From IMG/VR virus record IMGVR_UViG_3300009435_000016, positions 1-43,280 of that record: a DNA stretch of 43,280 bases, one strand, 5' to 3'. The translations under genes and the position numbers were made by a program. The notes below the pieces were generated by a model. The model was given only the letters and a program-made list of their open reading frames with translations, made no database searches and was not told where the DNA came from. Below are positions 34,575 to 43,280 of the stretch, in pieces. Numbering within the stretch: position 1 is the first letter of the stretch; each line of letters begins with the position of its first letter. This stretch comes from a virus (taxonomy: Duplodnaviria; Caudoviricetes).

Positions 34575-35360
34575 GTGAGCGATCCGTTAGAACTAAGGCA
34601 ACAAGAGTACTTAACCCGGCTGGGAGTGCTACCAACCTCATATGAGACGTGGTTAGAGAGCCTCTCTCCTAAGAAGCGACTACGCGTCCGACAGCAAGTA
34701 GCTAGAACAAAACATGGAGTGCACATCGTTGCTCCCATTACTTGTACTGGGCTTGAACGCTGTCCCTTCGCCACTGCTTGTCCGATCCCCGACCGGGATG
34801 AACAGCATGAGCTTATTGCCGGCCCCGAGAGCGACTATCCCATTGGCCAGCACTGTGTGCTGGAGGGCGAGTATATTGTACAGAAGGTTGCTGAGTATCT
34901 CATGCACTTGAACGTGGATCCCTCCAACCCCGTTGAAACCGCCATGGTGCAAGAGCTAGCGCTCGTAGACCTGCAGAAGAACCGGGCCCTGCTCCTGATG
35001 AGTCATGGCGATCGTGAGGGGCAGGGCCGAGACTTCCTTCATGTGGATGAGAGCATCACCGGCTTTAGTCAGAGTGGCGAACCACTAGTAAGTAAGACAA
35101 CCAAGATCCACCCCGTGCTCAGTTACATTGATGTACTTGAGCGTCGCCGTGAGAAGCTCCTAGACAAGCTTATGGAAACCCGTAAGGCTAAGTCCGACTG
35201 GGCCGCCAAGATGGGTCAGGGCAAGTCTGAGAGCCAACTACTGACGGAGATCTCCCAGATGCGAGAGGTAGTAACTCTTATGCTAAAACAACAGACAGAA
35301 TTTGAAACCCATGAGAGACTGCCCGATGACGAACTCATCGGATTGGATGAAGAACTATGA
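34575..35360 (+). CDS. putative terminase small subunit
   Basis: Cys cluster (C..C...CP..C), helical core, IHPVL...RR.KLL.KL.ETRK similar to TerS C-terminal pattern; upstream of TerL; GGAGG-GTG start. Confidence 0.5.
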   Translation: MSDPLELRQQEYLTRLGVLPTSYETWLESLSPKKRLRVRQQVARTKHGVHIVAPITCTGLERCPFATACPIPDRDEQHELIAGPESDYPIGQHCVLEGEYIVQKVAEYLMHLNVDPSNPVETAMVQELALVDLQKNRALLLMSHGDREGQGRDFLHVDESITGFSQSGEPLVSKTTKIHPVLSYIDVLERRREKLLDKLMETRKAKSDWAAKMGQGKSESQLLTEISQMREVVTLMLKQQTEFETHERLPDDELIGLDEEL

Positions 35361-35722
35361 GCTGCTGCACAGTCCCCGAGTATAGTGTGTTATTTCCCCC
35401 GAGTACCTCTAAAGACCAGGGTGCGCTCAGCACCCGATTGGTGCTTGACAGCAAGCCGCTTGAAGGGTTTGTTGGCTTCGAATACGCTAAAGACAATGAA
35501 GAGTATTTAGTAGGCAGGATGATATTTGTAGTTAAAAACGCAAACCGACCACGGGCGGGCGCGCGCTATCGCACGCTATGGCTTCAGATGGAGACCGCGC
35601 CTGATGTGTGGGACACCGTATTCTCTGCCAATGATATCGTTCTCTTTACAGAGAGTGGTGCGTACAACATGACCGATGGCGTATTCGAAGTAGAATGCAA
35701 ATGGACGAACAATGTCAACTAG
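35357..35722 (+). CDS. degenerate tail-tube-like protein
   Basis: LVGRMIF and DIVLFTESGAYNMTDGVFEVECKW beta-strand pattern. Confidence 0.4.
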   Translation: MSCCTVPEYSVLFPPSTSKDQGALSTRLVLDSKPLEGFVGFEYAKDNEEYLVGRMIFVVKNANRPRAGARYRTLWLQMETAPDVWDTVFSANDIVLFTESGAYNMTDGVFEVECKWTNNVN

Positions 35723-36044
35723 AGCATGGAAGAAGCAACAAGCAGCAATTGCAGCTGAAGCAGAGTTTATACGTCTCAAGGAAGAGGTTGTCAAACCTAT
35801 GCCTAAGAAGCCAAAGATGCCAGATGGATTCCGAGAAGTACTGATGGAGAAGGGTCAGTTAGAAGGATGGCTACAGACGCTGCAGAAGCACCCTGTGGTC
35901 GTGTCTATCGACTTGATCGACAACGAGTGGGTCTACACAGTGAGGGGCATCAACTGCCCCCTAGGCCATTGGAATGATACTCCGATTCGACATGTGCGTG
36001 GTGGCAGCTCGAATGTGTGGACTCCTACGAAATCACTTAGCTAG
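35712..36044 (+). CDS. hypothetical protein
   Basis: 110 aa, overlapping upstream gene. Confidence 0.65.
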   Translation: MSTRAWKKQQAAIAAEAEFIRLKEEVVKPMPKKPKMPDGFREVLMEKGQLEGWLQTLQKHPVVVSIDLIDNEWVYTVRGINCPLGHWNDTPIRHVRGGSSNVWTPTKSLS

Positions 36045-36053
36045 AGGTAAGGA

Positions 36054-39000
36054 ATGAAGAAGCTTCCAATCATGCTTCAGAATGGTCTTGTCTTAGATAC
36101 AGAGACCACTGGTTTGGATCGTGGAAGCGGCATGCACGAGCTTGCCTTCTACGATATAGACAAGCGCAAGATTAGTGAGTTCATTCTCGATCCTAACTAT
36201 GTCGAGACATACACTAGCCCACTTCAAGAGACTACTCGCTTAGCGAGTAGTCCTAGCGATGTACATATTGGCAAGTCGCCTAAGCAGTGGATGGATGTCT
36301 ACCGCGCTCAGCTAGTTATGGACGATCGCATTAGCAAGAGTGCTAGTGACAAAGAGGTTATGGGGGCGCTTGCCGAACATGAGCCCTTCCTGCATAAGGC
36401 TATCACTAGCGGGAAGCACCCGCACTTGCAGGGGAAGAACGAGAGCCCTGCTATATTTGCACAGAGACGTGACACATTCGCTAAAGCGGGTATCGCCCTA
36501 GAGTCTGATAAGACTACTATCAAACAGGTGTTAGGCGAGGGTGGACCGTTAGAGCGTGCGACTCGTGGAGGAGACCACGCACAAGGTCGTACTCTCTGGA
36601 TTGCAAATGCTCCTTTCGAAGCGAAGCAGGTTGGTGCGCAACTCGGAGCTATGGGAGAGGGTGCTGCAGCTGTACACAAGAAGTACTTAGAGACCGCTGG
36701 TAACTCTCCTGATCCGTACTACGTCACAGGCAGCGAAGTGAACCTTGCTAGAAGCAAGGCTCAGATGTCTGGTGACTGGACTACAGTCCATAAAGCTTAT
36801 AAGAAGCATGTTCCTAAGGCTGGTGAAACAGCCGTCAGAGATATCCAGGATATCTTGAGATCGGTTATGAGTTATGGCCATCAGCTAGGACTCACAGATA
36901 TTGACGATCCGTACTTCGGCACAAGTATTGATATGAGTTCTCGTATCATGGGATCTCTGGATTCCGACAAGGCTGTCGCTCGAAAGAACCTCGTTACACC
37001 TGAGCTACATAGGGCAGCAGAGGATGTTAAGGTAGAGTTTGGTGTCTTGTCTAAGGGCACTGAGTGGGCTGATGCTATGGAGCAAGTCCAAAGCGATACT
37101 GCCCTCGGTAAGCAATACAAGGCAAGTGCACTTAAAAAAGAAGGACCGCTGCATGAAGCCGCTACGTACCTTGCGCGTCTTGGTGTGGTCCACGCCGACC
37201 ACCAAAGGACGTCTCTTGTCAAGCGAATCGTACGGGCAGAAGTAGACTTTGCCGAAAAAGGAGAAACTTACCAGAAGGCTGGTGTGAATGGTTTTGTAGA
37301 TATGCAGCAGAGCACTCCTGCTGGTGGACAGAGGACTGTCGTCCGGTTGGATCACGACCGTATACCCATTAAAACCAGGGAGGAGAACGCACAGCATCTT
37401 AAGGCTGAAAAGCGATATGGTAACGTGGACATCGATGCGGAGGTTGGTGCCGTCGCTGACTACACTGCAGGTGCTACGTCTAAGGTGGATCGCCGTAGGC
37501 TGCTAAGCAAGTATCTAGAAGAGCAAACTGGCGATTCGCTTGAAAACTCAGTAGCTAAGCATGCTGATACCATACTCGGTACTAGTGGCAAGCAGGTAAG
37601 CCAACTAGGCTCCACTGGGAAAGCGCTCGGTGGCGTACTAGATGCCTTCAAGTCTATCAACACTCCGAAGGGGGTAATGATCGGTGGGGCGGTTGCAGCT
37701 GGCATTACTGTCGCTGGTATGGCAGCGACAGCTGCGGGTCGTCCACCAGTTCAAGATGCACCTAGTGTTGTTACGTACAACTACCAAGAGTGGTTAGATC
37801 GACAGGCTAGCTTCTCTGGCCAGCGTGGTGCTGGCGAGCAGATGGAGGGTATGTCTCACCGTGGTGTCGCCGGTGAACGACGCAAGCAGATTACAGACTT
37901 TGGTAGCCCCTATCAGGGCATCCAGGGCAGCCAGGTAGTCTTCCACGACCAAGAGCTTCTAAGAGAGCGAGAGAGCTTCCTACGGCAACAGTACGGAGCG
38001 GCCCACTTTGATCCTAAGTTTGGATTACATGGCGCCTTCGGTCCTTTTAAGGCAGCGTACTCTAAGCGCAATAGCTTCTTCAGCGACGGTACCCCTGTGC
38101 AGCAAGGCAAGCACTCAGGGCTGCGTGGGGATCTGCTAGAGATCGACTTCAGTGATAAGAAGTGGAAGATGAGCGTCGAGGATGCTGATACTATTGTCGT
38201 GAAGCGTGGTGGCATACGAGGAGGAATATCCAGTTTCTTCGGTATGAATCGCTCATACAGCTTCCGTCTCGCCGGTATCGATGCTCCTGAAACCAGCCAT
38301 GGTAGTACCAGCTACCATGCTCCTCAGCCTGGAGCTGAAGCAGCTAAAGCCGTCCTTGCTAATCTAGTTAAAAGCTCAAAGAGCTTAAGCCTTGTATACG
38401 ATCCTAACCAAGCTACCTATGGTCGCATGATGGGTGTCGTCATGTCAGAGGGCAAAAACCTTAACCTCGAAATGGTCAAGCAGGGTAATGTTGCGGCTCT
38501 CCCCTTCTACGCTAAAGGGCGTAAGCCTATGGTGGACTATGCGCCGTTCCTAGCGGCCGAGACACGAGCCCATACGGCAGGAAAGGGTATCTGGTCCCAA
38601 CCATACTACCAAGCCTTCAGAGACGTCACTCAAGCAGCGGATCAAACGGTTACGTTCAACACTCTTACAAGGAAGAGCAAGCTTGTACAGAACGTCTGGA
38701 AGATGGACATGGTCTCTATGATGGAGCAGTCTCAAGCAGAGGGTTTCTACAACTCAGCGAATGCTATCGAAGCATCACGTATCGGCAGTGGCGCAGGGGG
38801 CTTTGGACCAGACAATGTGAAGCCTGTGTTGTTTTCTCAGCCTACCAGCCATTATAATACATATCTGAATGAGATGCTACAGGATGTTGGGACTTGGAAC
38901 AGAAGTCGTGGATCGAAGCATCAGCAGAATAAGTTCAGTCGCAAGGGAGGATATGGTAAGCTGGACCAGACTTTGGTATTGGATACCATGAGCAACACCA

Positions 39001-39152
39001 ATAACATCTGGAACAAACGCAAGAATCAGGCATTCAATCAATATGGCTCAGGGAAGAGCTTACAGCGTTCAAGAAAGGCTCGTATGGCAAATGAGCAGCG
39101 CAGAATTAATCAACGTGTATTCGACAGTGGTATCAACCACCAAATGATGTGA
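36054..39152 (+). CDS. DEDDh 3'-5' exonuclease / TM / thermonuclease (SNase) fusion protein
   Basis: VLDTETTG, ANAPFE, HRAAED; TM GVMIGGAVAAGITVAGMAATAAG; SNase VEDADT, RLAGIDAPE, YGRMMG, NLEMVKQG, GKGIW. Confidence 0.8.
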   Translation: MKKLPIMLQNGLVLDTETTGLDRGSGMHELAFYDIDKRKISEFILDPNYVETYTSPLQETTRLASSPSDVHIGKSPKQWMDVYRAQLVMDDRISKSASDKEVMGALAEHEPFLHKAITSGKHPHLQGKNESPAIFAQRRDTFAKAGIALESDKTTIKQVLGEGGPLERATRGGDHAQGRTLWIANAPFEAKQVGAQLGAMGEGAAAVHKKYLETAGNSPDPYYVTGSEVNLARSKAQMSGDWTTVHKAYKKHVPKAGETAVRDIQDILRSVMSYGHQLGLTDIDDPYFGTSIDMSSRIMGSLDSDKAVARKNLVTPELHRAAEDVKVEFGVLSKGTEWADAMEQVQSDTALGKQYKASALKKEGPLHEAATYLARLGVVHADHQRTSLVKRIVRAEVDFAEKGETYQKAGVNGFVDMQQSTPAGGQRTVVRLDHDRIPIKTREENAQHLKAEKRYGNVDIDAEVGAVADYTAGATSKVDRRRLLSKYLEEQTGDSLENSVAKHADTILGTSGKQVSQLGSTGKALGGVLDAFKSINTPKGVMIGGAVAAGITVAGMAATAAGRPPVQDAPSVVTYNYQEWLDRQASFSGQRGAGEQMEGMSHRGVAGERRKQITDFGSPYQGIQGSQVVFHDQELLRERESFLRQQYGAAHFDPKFGLHGAFGPFKAAYSKRNSFFSDGTPVQQGKHSGLRGDLLEIDFSDKKWKMSVEDADTIVVKRGGIRGGISSFFGMNRSYSFRLAGIDAPETSHGSTSYHAPQPGAEAAKAVLANLVKSSKSLSLVYDPNQATYGRMMGVVMSEGKNLNLEMVKQGNVAALPFYAKGRKPMVDYAPFLAAETRAHTAGKGIWSQPYYQAFRDVTQAADQTVTFNTLTRKSKLVQNVWKMDMVSMMEQSQAEGFYNSANAIEASRIGSGAGGFGPDNVKPVLFSQPTSHYNTYLNEMLQDVGTWNRSRGSKHQQNKFSRKGGYGKLDQTLVLDTMSNTNNIWNKRKNQAFNQYGSGKSLQRSRKARMANEQRRINQRVFDSGINHQMM

Positions 39153-39159
39153 GGGAGCT

Positions 39160-39966
39160 ATGGGTCTATTAGGTAAAGCGGTTTCTGGATTCAAGAGTTA
39201 TGCGTCGCATGGTTTTAACCATGCGTTAGGTGCAGAGCCTCAGAAGATCTTCAAGGGCGGCAGAGTTGATTCCAGTTTTTGGGGCCGCAAGATATCTGCA
39301 ACGAGTGGTGATCTAGGCTTTCGTTTTGGAGAAGGAGCAAAGACCCCTATGTCTGCAATGGATGGATTGGGGCTGGTTGCTACATTGGGTATGTCAGCGA
39401 ACATGGCTATTGCAGGGTATCAGAACGAAGGCATGGTAGGGGTAGCTAATGCTTTAGTTGCTGATGTCGCTGTTAATGCAGCAATGGTCCGGCATGCCTA
39501 CTCATACAAAAAAGGCGCAGATGGTAGCCTCATACGAGCCAACGTAGGCTTTGGATCCACGCCAAAAATGCTTGGGCGCAACATAACCGGTAGCGCGCTC
39601 GCCATGGCAGCCAATCATGCTGTTGGTGGTGGTGTCGCCGGAGCTGCAGCAGGGTTCGTGGGCGGGCACGTGGGCGTCAAGCACTCCTGGAAGGTTGCTG
39701 CTGCTTATGGCGGCTACCAGGCTGCCAAGATGACAGGCAATGCAGTAATGGGCGTGATGAAAGCAGGGTACCAACACCGACAACGACAGAAGTCAATCAA
39801 TACTTCTGGATCTATGGCTGCGTTCAATACTTCTGGTGCGCACACAATGCGTCAGAGAGCAGTTCAAGCCATTCATAAGAGTCATCTAAACGCACGTTCA
39901 GCTTTGGGTTCAGAAGCTCAGTTCATGCATATGCCAGGTAGAAACTATAATAGCAGATACCGCTAG
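39160..39966 (+). CDS. Gly/Ala-rich putative virion (ejected) protein
   Basis: Glycine-zipper segments; C-terminal TMRQRAVQAIHKSHLNARSALGSEA. Confidence 0.6.
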   Translation: MGLLGKAVSGFKSYASHGFNHALGAEPQKIFKGGRVDSSFWGRKISATSGDLGFRFGEGAKTPMSAMDGLGLVATLGMSANMAIAGYQNEGMVGVANALVADVAVNAAMVRHAYSYKKGADGSLIRANVGFGSTPKMLGRNITGSALAMAANHAVGGGVAGAAAGFVGGHVGVKHSWKVAAAYGGYQAAKMTGNAVMGVMKAGYQHRQRQKSINTSGSMAAFNTSGAHTMRQRAVQAIHKSHLNARSALGSEAQFMHMPGRNYNSRYR

Positions 39967-39974
39967 GAGATACA

Positions 39975-42326
39975 GTGCCCACAGTTGAAGAAGTTAGAGC
40001 AAAGCTCTTTATGGAAAATGAGTACGGATATGAACACCAAGATCTAGACGCGAAGCTAGAGCCGGAAGATATTAAGGTACTCTCAGATAAGTATGGACTC
40101 ATCACCGTCTATACCGATCCCAAGACTGGCGCTCAGGTGAACATGCATACTATGTGTATCAACTGTCAGGCTCGTCAGCTTATCAAGTACGAAGGTGCGG
40201 TGAATACGCGTGGTGAGAAGGTTGAAGGCTTTCAGCTGAAGTGTAACTTTGTGCCGGCAGGACTACCTCGTGGTAGTCGGACACTGTTAAACAAGTACAT
40301 CACTGAGAAGAACATGGATGCTCAGCGTGCTCTGCGCTATTTGAAGAGCGCTATTGATCCCGTAGCGTGGTGTGAGCTGATGTTTGGGTTTGATGACCTG
40401 GATTCAGAGTGGCGTATTCGCCCCTATCAAAAGGAACAGTTGAGATGTAACGTATTACGTTACGTTATCCGGGAAGGTCGACGGTCTGGCAAGACGTTCG
40501 CTATGGCTCTCAAACTTATCTACTTGGCGTTCAATATGCTAAAGAGTCGTGGTCGCGATGCAGAAGGCAATACTATTTATGTCGGTCCCGAAATCATTGT
40601 TATCACTCCTTACCAAGCTCAGGTAGCTAACATTTTCAATGAGATTGAAAATATCCTGAAGCGTAATGAAGATCTCTCTCAGGCTATCACTACTTCTAAA
40701 GGCGGCAGTCTCTATGTTAAGACTCCGTACTACAAACTGAAGCTAAGCAATGGTGCAACCATCAGCGGGTTCGTTTCTGGTGTTGGAACCAAGACAGATG
40801 GTAGTGGCGGTGGTACCATGCGTGGTCAGAATGCTGATGTTATCTACCTCGACGAAATGGACATGATCCCCGAAGAGATTCTGCAGAAGGTTATCCAGCC
40901 TCTCTTGCTTACACGTGCTGATGTTATGATGATTGCGACAAGTACTCCAATCGGTAAGCGCGGCAAGTTCTACGAATGGTGCATGGAGCGCTATGACTTT
41001 AAAGAAGACTACCTGCCAAGTTCTATCCTCCCGGTTTGGGAAGACATCAAACTAGAGGTTGAAGCTGACAATACAGAGGAGGGGTTCGCCGCAGAATATA
41101 TGGCTCACTTCCTTGAGGGTGCGTACGGAGTCTTTAGACCTTCGTATGTATACCGTGCGCGTGGAGCATATAAGTATGCTGATTCTGATATTCACAATGG
41201 GGACTGGTGGCGCCGTGCTGCTGGTGTGAAGGAACGTTCTGAACTGATCAAAGTCATCGGAATCGATTGGAATAAGAATGCTGGGACAGAGTTTGTGGTC
41301 GTAGCTTATGACCCCTCACAGCACCACTGGTTCATTGTAGAAGCTAACAATATCAGCGCTAGCGAATACTCTTCTGTCCGATGGAAGGAAGAGGTTGTGC
41401 GCTTGAACTACAAGTGGAAGCCGGATTACATCTATGCTGATGAAGGCTACGGACACACCATCATTGAAGACCTCAAGGTCGAAGCACATGCAATCCGAGT
41501 GAAGGGTGCCAAGACGCGCTTGGAACAAGAGACTGTAAAGCTTCTCGAACGCCTCAAGGCGTTTAACTTCTCTCAGAAAGTTGAACTCAAAAGCCCTGTG
41601 GACTACAAGGATATTACCAAGATGGGTAAGCAGTTCCTTGTAGAGAATGCTATCCGAGTCTTCGAAGAGGGCCGCATCTGGTTCCCAGAAGATGATCAAG
41701 CTCTGCTACAGCAGTTGCTCCACTACGTGGTACTGCGGAGACACCCAACTACTAACAAGCCAGTATACGGCACTGACCGTGAGAGTGTAGGGGATCATAG
41801 GCTTGATGCTCTTATGTTGGCACTAGGCGGATTGTTCCTAGAGAAGTCTATGTACGCTCCGGCAAACATTGCTCATAGTTCACCTTCCTCCTTGACTAAG
41901 GGCTTCCTTGAACAACGAGCTGATGGACTGAATGGTAATCTAAGTGCTGCTGCACTGTTACAGGGTATGAACAACATGGCTCCTGCTGTACACCCTACAC
42001 TCTTAGAAGTTAAGCGAGGATACAGTGAAGGCGAAAACGCTAGTGCTAACCAAGCCCTAGCAGCCAAGCAAGTGGTTGCGGCAAACAACAAGGGTAGCTG
42101 GTTTGGCAAACGACAACCCAAGAGTCGTGGCGACTTGGGTACCCAAGCTGGTCCTGATAGTGTATATGAGAGCATGATGAGCAGAGCATCTACAAATGCT
42201 GGCTATTCAAACGATCGTGAAGACGTCCATAAAGCTAGAGAAATTGGTAGCTCACCGTCTATAGTGAAGCCACGGGTTCGAAGACCTGGTAGAAGATCTG
42301 GCGCACGGCGCCCTAGGAGAAGATAA
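39975..42326 (+). CDS. terL: terminase large subunit
   Basis: RPYQ, Walker A GRRSGKT, MRG, Walker B VIYLDE, STP.G coupling motif, nuclease IGIDWN, YADEG, DHRLDA. Confidence 0.93.
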   Translation: MPTVEEVRAKLFMENEYGYEHQDLDAKLEPEDIKVLSDKYGLITVYTDPKTGAQVNMHTMCINCQARQLIKYEGAVNTRGEKVEGFQLKCNFVPAGLPRGSRTLLNKYITEKNMDAQRALRYLKSAIDPVAWCELMFGFDDLDSEWRIRPYQKEQLRCNVLRYVIREGRRSGKTFAMALKLIYLAFNMLKSRGRDAEGNTIYVGPEIIVITPYQAQVANIFNEIENILKRNEDLSQAITTSKGGSLYVKTPYYKLKLSNGATISGFVSGVGTKTDGSGGGTMRGQNADVIYLDEMDMIPEEILQKVIQPLLLTRADVMMIATSTPIGKRGKFYEWCMERYDFKEDYLPSSILPVWEDIKLEVEADNTEEGFAAEYMAHFLEGAYGVFRPSYVYRARGAYKYADSDIHNGDWWRRAAGVKERSELIKVIGIDWNKNAGTEFVVVAYDPSQHHWFIVEANNISASEYSSVRWKEEVVRLNYKWKPDYIYADEGYGHTIIEDLKVEAHAIRVKGAKTRLEQETVKLLERLKAFNFSQKVELKSPVDYKDITKMGKQFLVENAIRVFEEGRIWFPEDDQALLQQLLHYVVLRRHPTTNKPVYGTDRESVGDHRLDALMLALGGLFLEKSMYAPANIAHSSPSSLTKGFLEQRADGLNGNLSAAALLQGMNNMAPAVHPTLLEVKRGYSEGENASANQALAAKQVVAANNKGSWFGKRQPKSRGDLGTQAGPDSVYESMMSRASTNAGYSNDREDVHKAREIGSSPSIVKPRVRRPGRRSGARRPRRR

Positions 42327-43280
42327 TGGCATCGTTATTTAAAAAAGGTCTAGCTGCAGCAGCGAAAGCTACAGTGTCAGGAGTCGATCTGGGCATGCAG
42401 CAAGGTTCTCGCGCAGCGCGTTCCGGCGGCTTGGACGATATTGCGAAGCGCTTCGGTGGACCACGCAGAGGTGTTAAGCCGGATTTGTCGGATGGCTGGG
42501 GTAGCTCAAGCATGGGGAATTGGGGCAACGATGCTAGCATGGCACCTGTTGGCCGAGGAGTAACTTCTGGCGGTGGCGCCAGGAGTGGCGGTCCATGGAC
42601 TCCCGAGCCAGGCTTTAAGCCTGGAGGCGGTATTGGATATCAACCTTCTGGAACTCTTTCAAGCGCACCCGACCTACATCAAGTGCATGGCGATGGCGCA
42701 TCACTTGGAAAGGAAATGTCGGCTGGGCCTTCGACAATCAAAGCTTCGGATACAGCTTATAATGCTGGTAGCAGTAGAGTCGCTGGGCCAAAAGGACCGA
42801 ATGTCCGTGGCTACAGCAATCAGACAGGGCGACAAAGCGCTAACTCTGTTTCTGGGGCACCGATGTATAGGCCCGGACAGTCTAGAAATGGTGTTATGAA
42901 ACCCAATTCTCAAAATGTGCCTTATAATCCCGTGTCTACATCTGGTGCTCCTGCTGGTCCTAGCACTGCTGCTCTTGGCGCTGGTATGGGCTTAGGTATG
43001 AGCATGGCAGTGGGTGCTGGTGCTGGTGCTGGTGGCAGCTACATGACTGGCGGTAACATCGGCCAAGGTGCCGTGATGGGCGCAATGGGTGGCGCTGCGC
43101 TAGGCATGGGCGGCGGTATGGCAATGAGAGCAGGTGCCAGAGGGGCAACCAGTGCTGGGGCTAGCAAGGGTTTCACTAGTGGTATGGTTGATGCAGCATC
43201 AGGACTGGACAACGCTGCCAACCGTGCTTATACATTTGCTGCTGGTGGCTTGCTTGGCGGCATGGCTTTTGGTGGCAATA
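42326..43280 (+). CDS. Gly-rich protein with glycine-zipper C-region (runs off the window edge)
   Basis: ATG overlaps TerL TAA; MASLFKKGLAAAAK...GAGMGLGMSMAVGAGAGAGG...GGLLGGMAFGGN open to the window end. Confidence 0.75.
   Translation, partial: MASLFKKGLAAAAKATVSGVDLGMQQGSRAARSGGLDDIAKRFGGPRRGVKPDLSDGWGSSSMGNWGNDASMAPVGRGVTSGGGARSGGPWTPEPGFKPGGGIGYQPSGTLSSAPDLHQVHGDGASLGKEMSAGPSTIKASDTAYNAGSSRVAGPKGPNVRGYSNQTGRQSANSVSGAPMYRPGQSRNGVMKPNSQNVPYNPVSTSGAPAGPSTAALGAGMGLGMSMAVGAGAGAGGSYMTGGNIGQGAVMGAMGGAALGMGGGMAMRAGARGATSAGASKGFTSGMVDAASGLDNAANRAYTFAAGGLLGGMAFGGN

Noticed and set aside
39975-42326. Intein in the long TerL
   Set aside because: No C/S...HN splice motifs or LAGLIDADG blocks; the extra length is terminal
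42313-43221. Short ORFs on both strands at the right end
   Set aside because: Shadows of the open Gly-rich plus-strand gene starting at 42326

Overview
The window looks like part of a large tailed-phage genome in standard genetic code 11. Left of about 32.4 kb almost everything is on the minus strand: accessory enzymes (S8 subtilisin, RadA-like and AAA+ ATPases, SPFH protein, matrixin-like lipoprotein, a degenerate metallophosphoesterase), an RNA cluster (tRNA-Lys, tRNA-Tyr, a pseudo-tRNA, a complete tmRNA), a 984-aa single-subunit two-barrel RNA polymerase of the RdRP/YonO type, an HNH protein and a long run of small early-type genes. Right of about 32.5 kb genes are on the plus strand: tail-tube-like proteins, a putative small terminase, a DEDDh exonuclease-TM-thermonuclease fusion, large terminase and Gly-rich proteins. 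The most unusual signals are: (1) about 15 copies of a two-hairpin intergenic module (terminator hairpin, T-tract, AATGGC-N5-6-GCCAT hairpin, RBS) separating the small genes at 22.3-32.2 kb; (2) two unannotated, highly structured non-coding stretches downstream of the polymerase gene, one with tandem pseudoknots; (3) a segment almost free of AA/TT dinucleotides next to the strand switch. All calls come from reading motifs by eye; no database searches were run.
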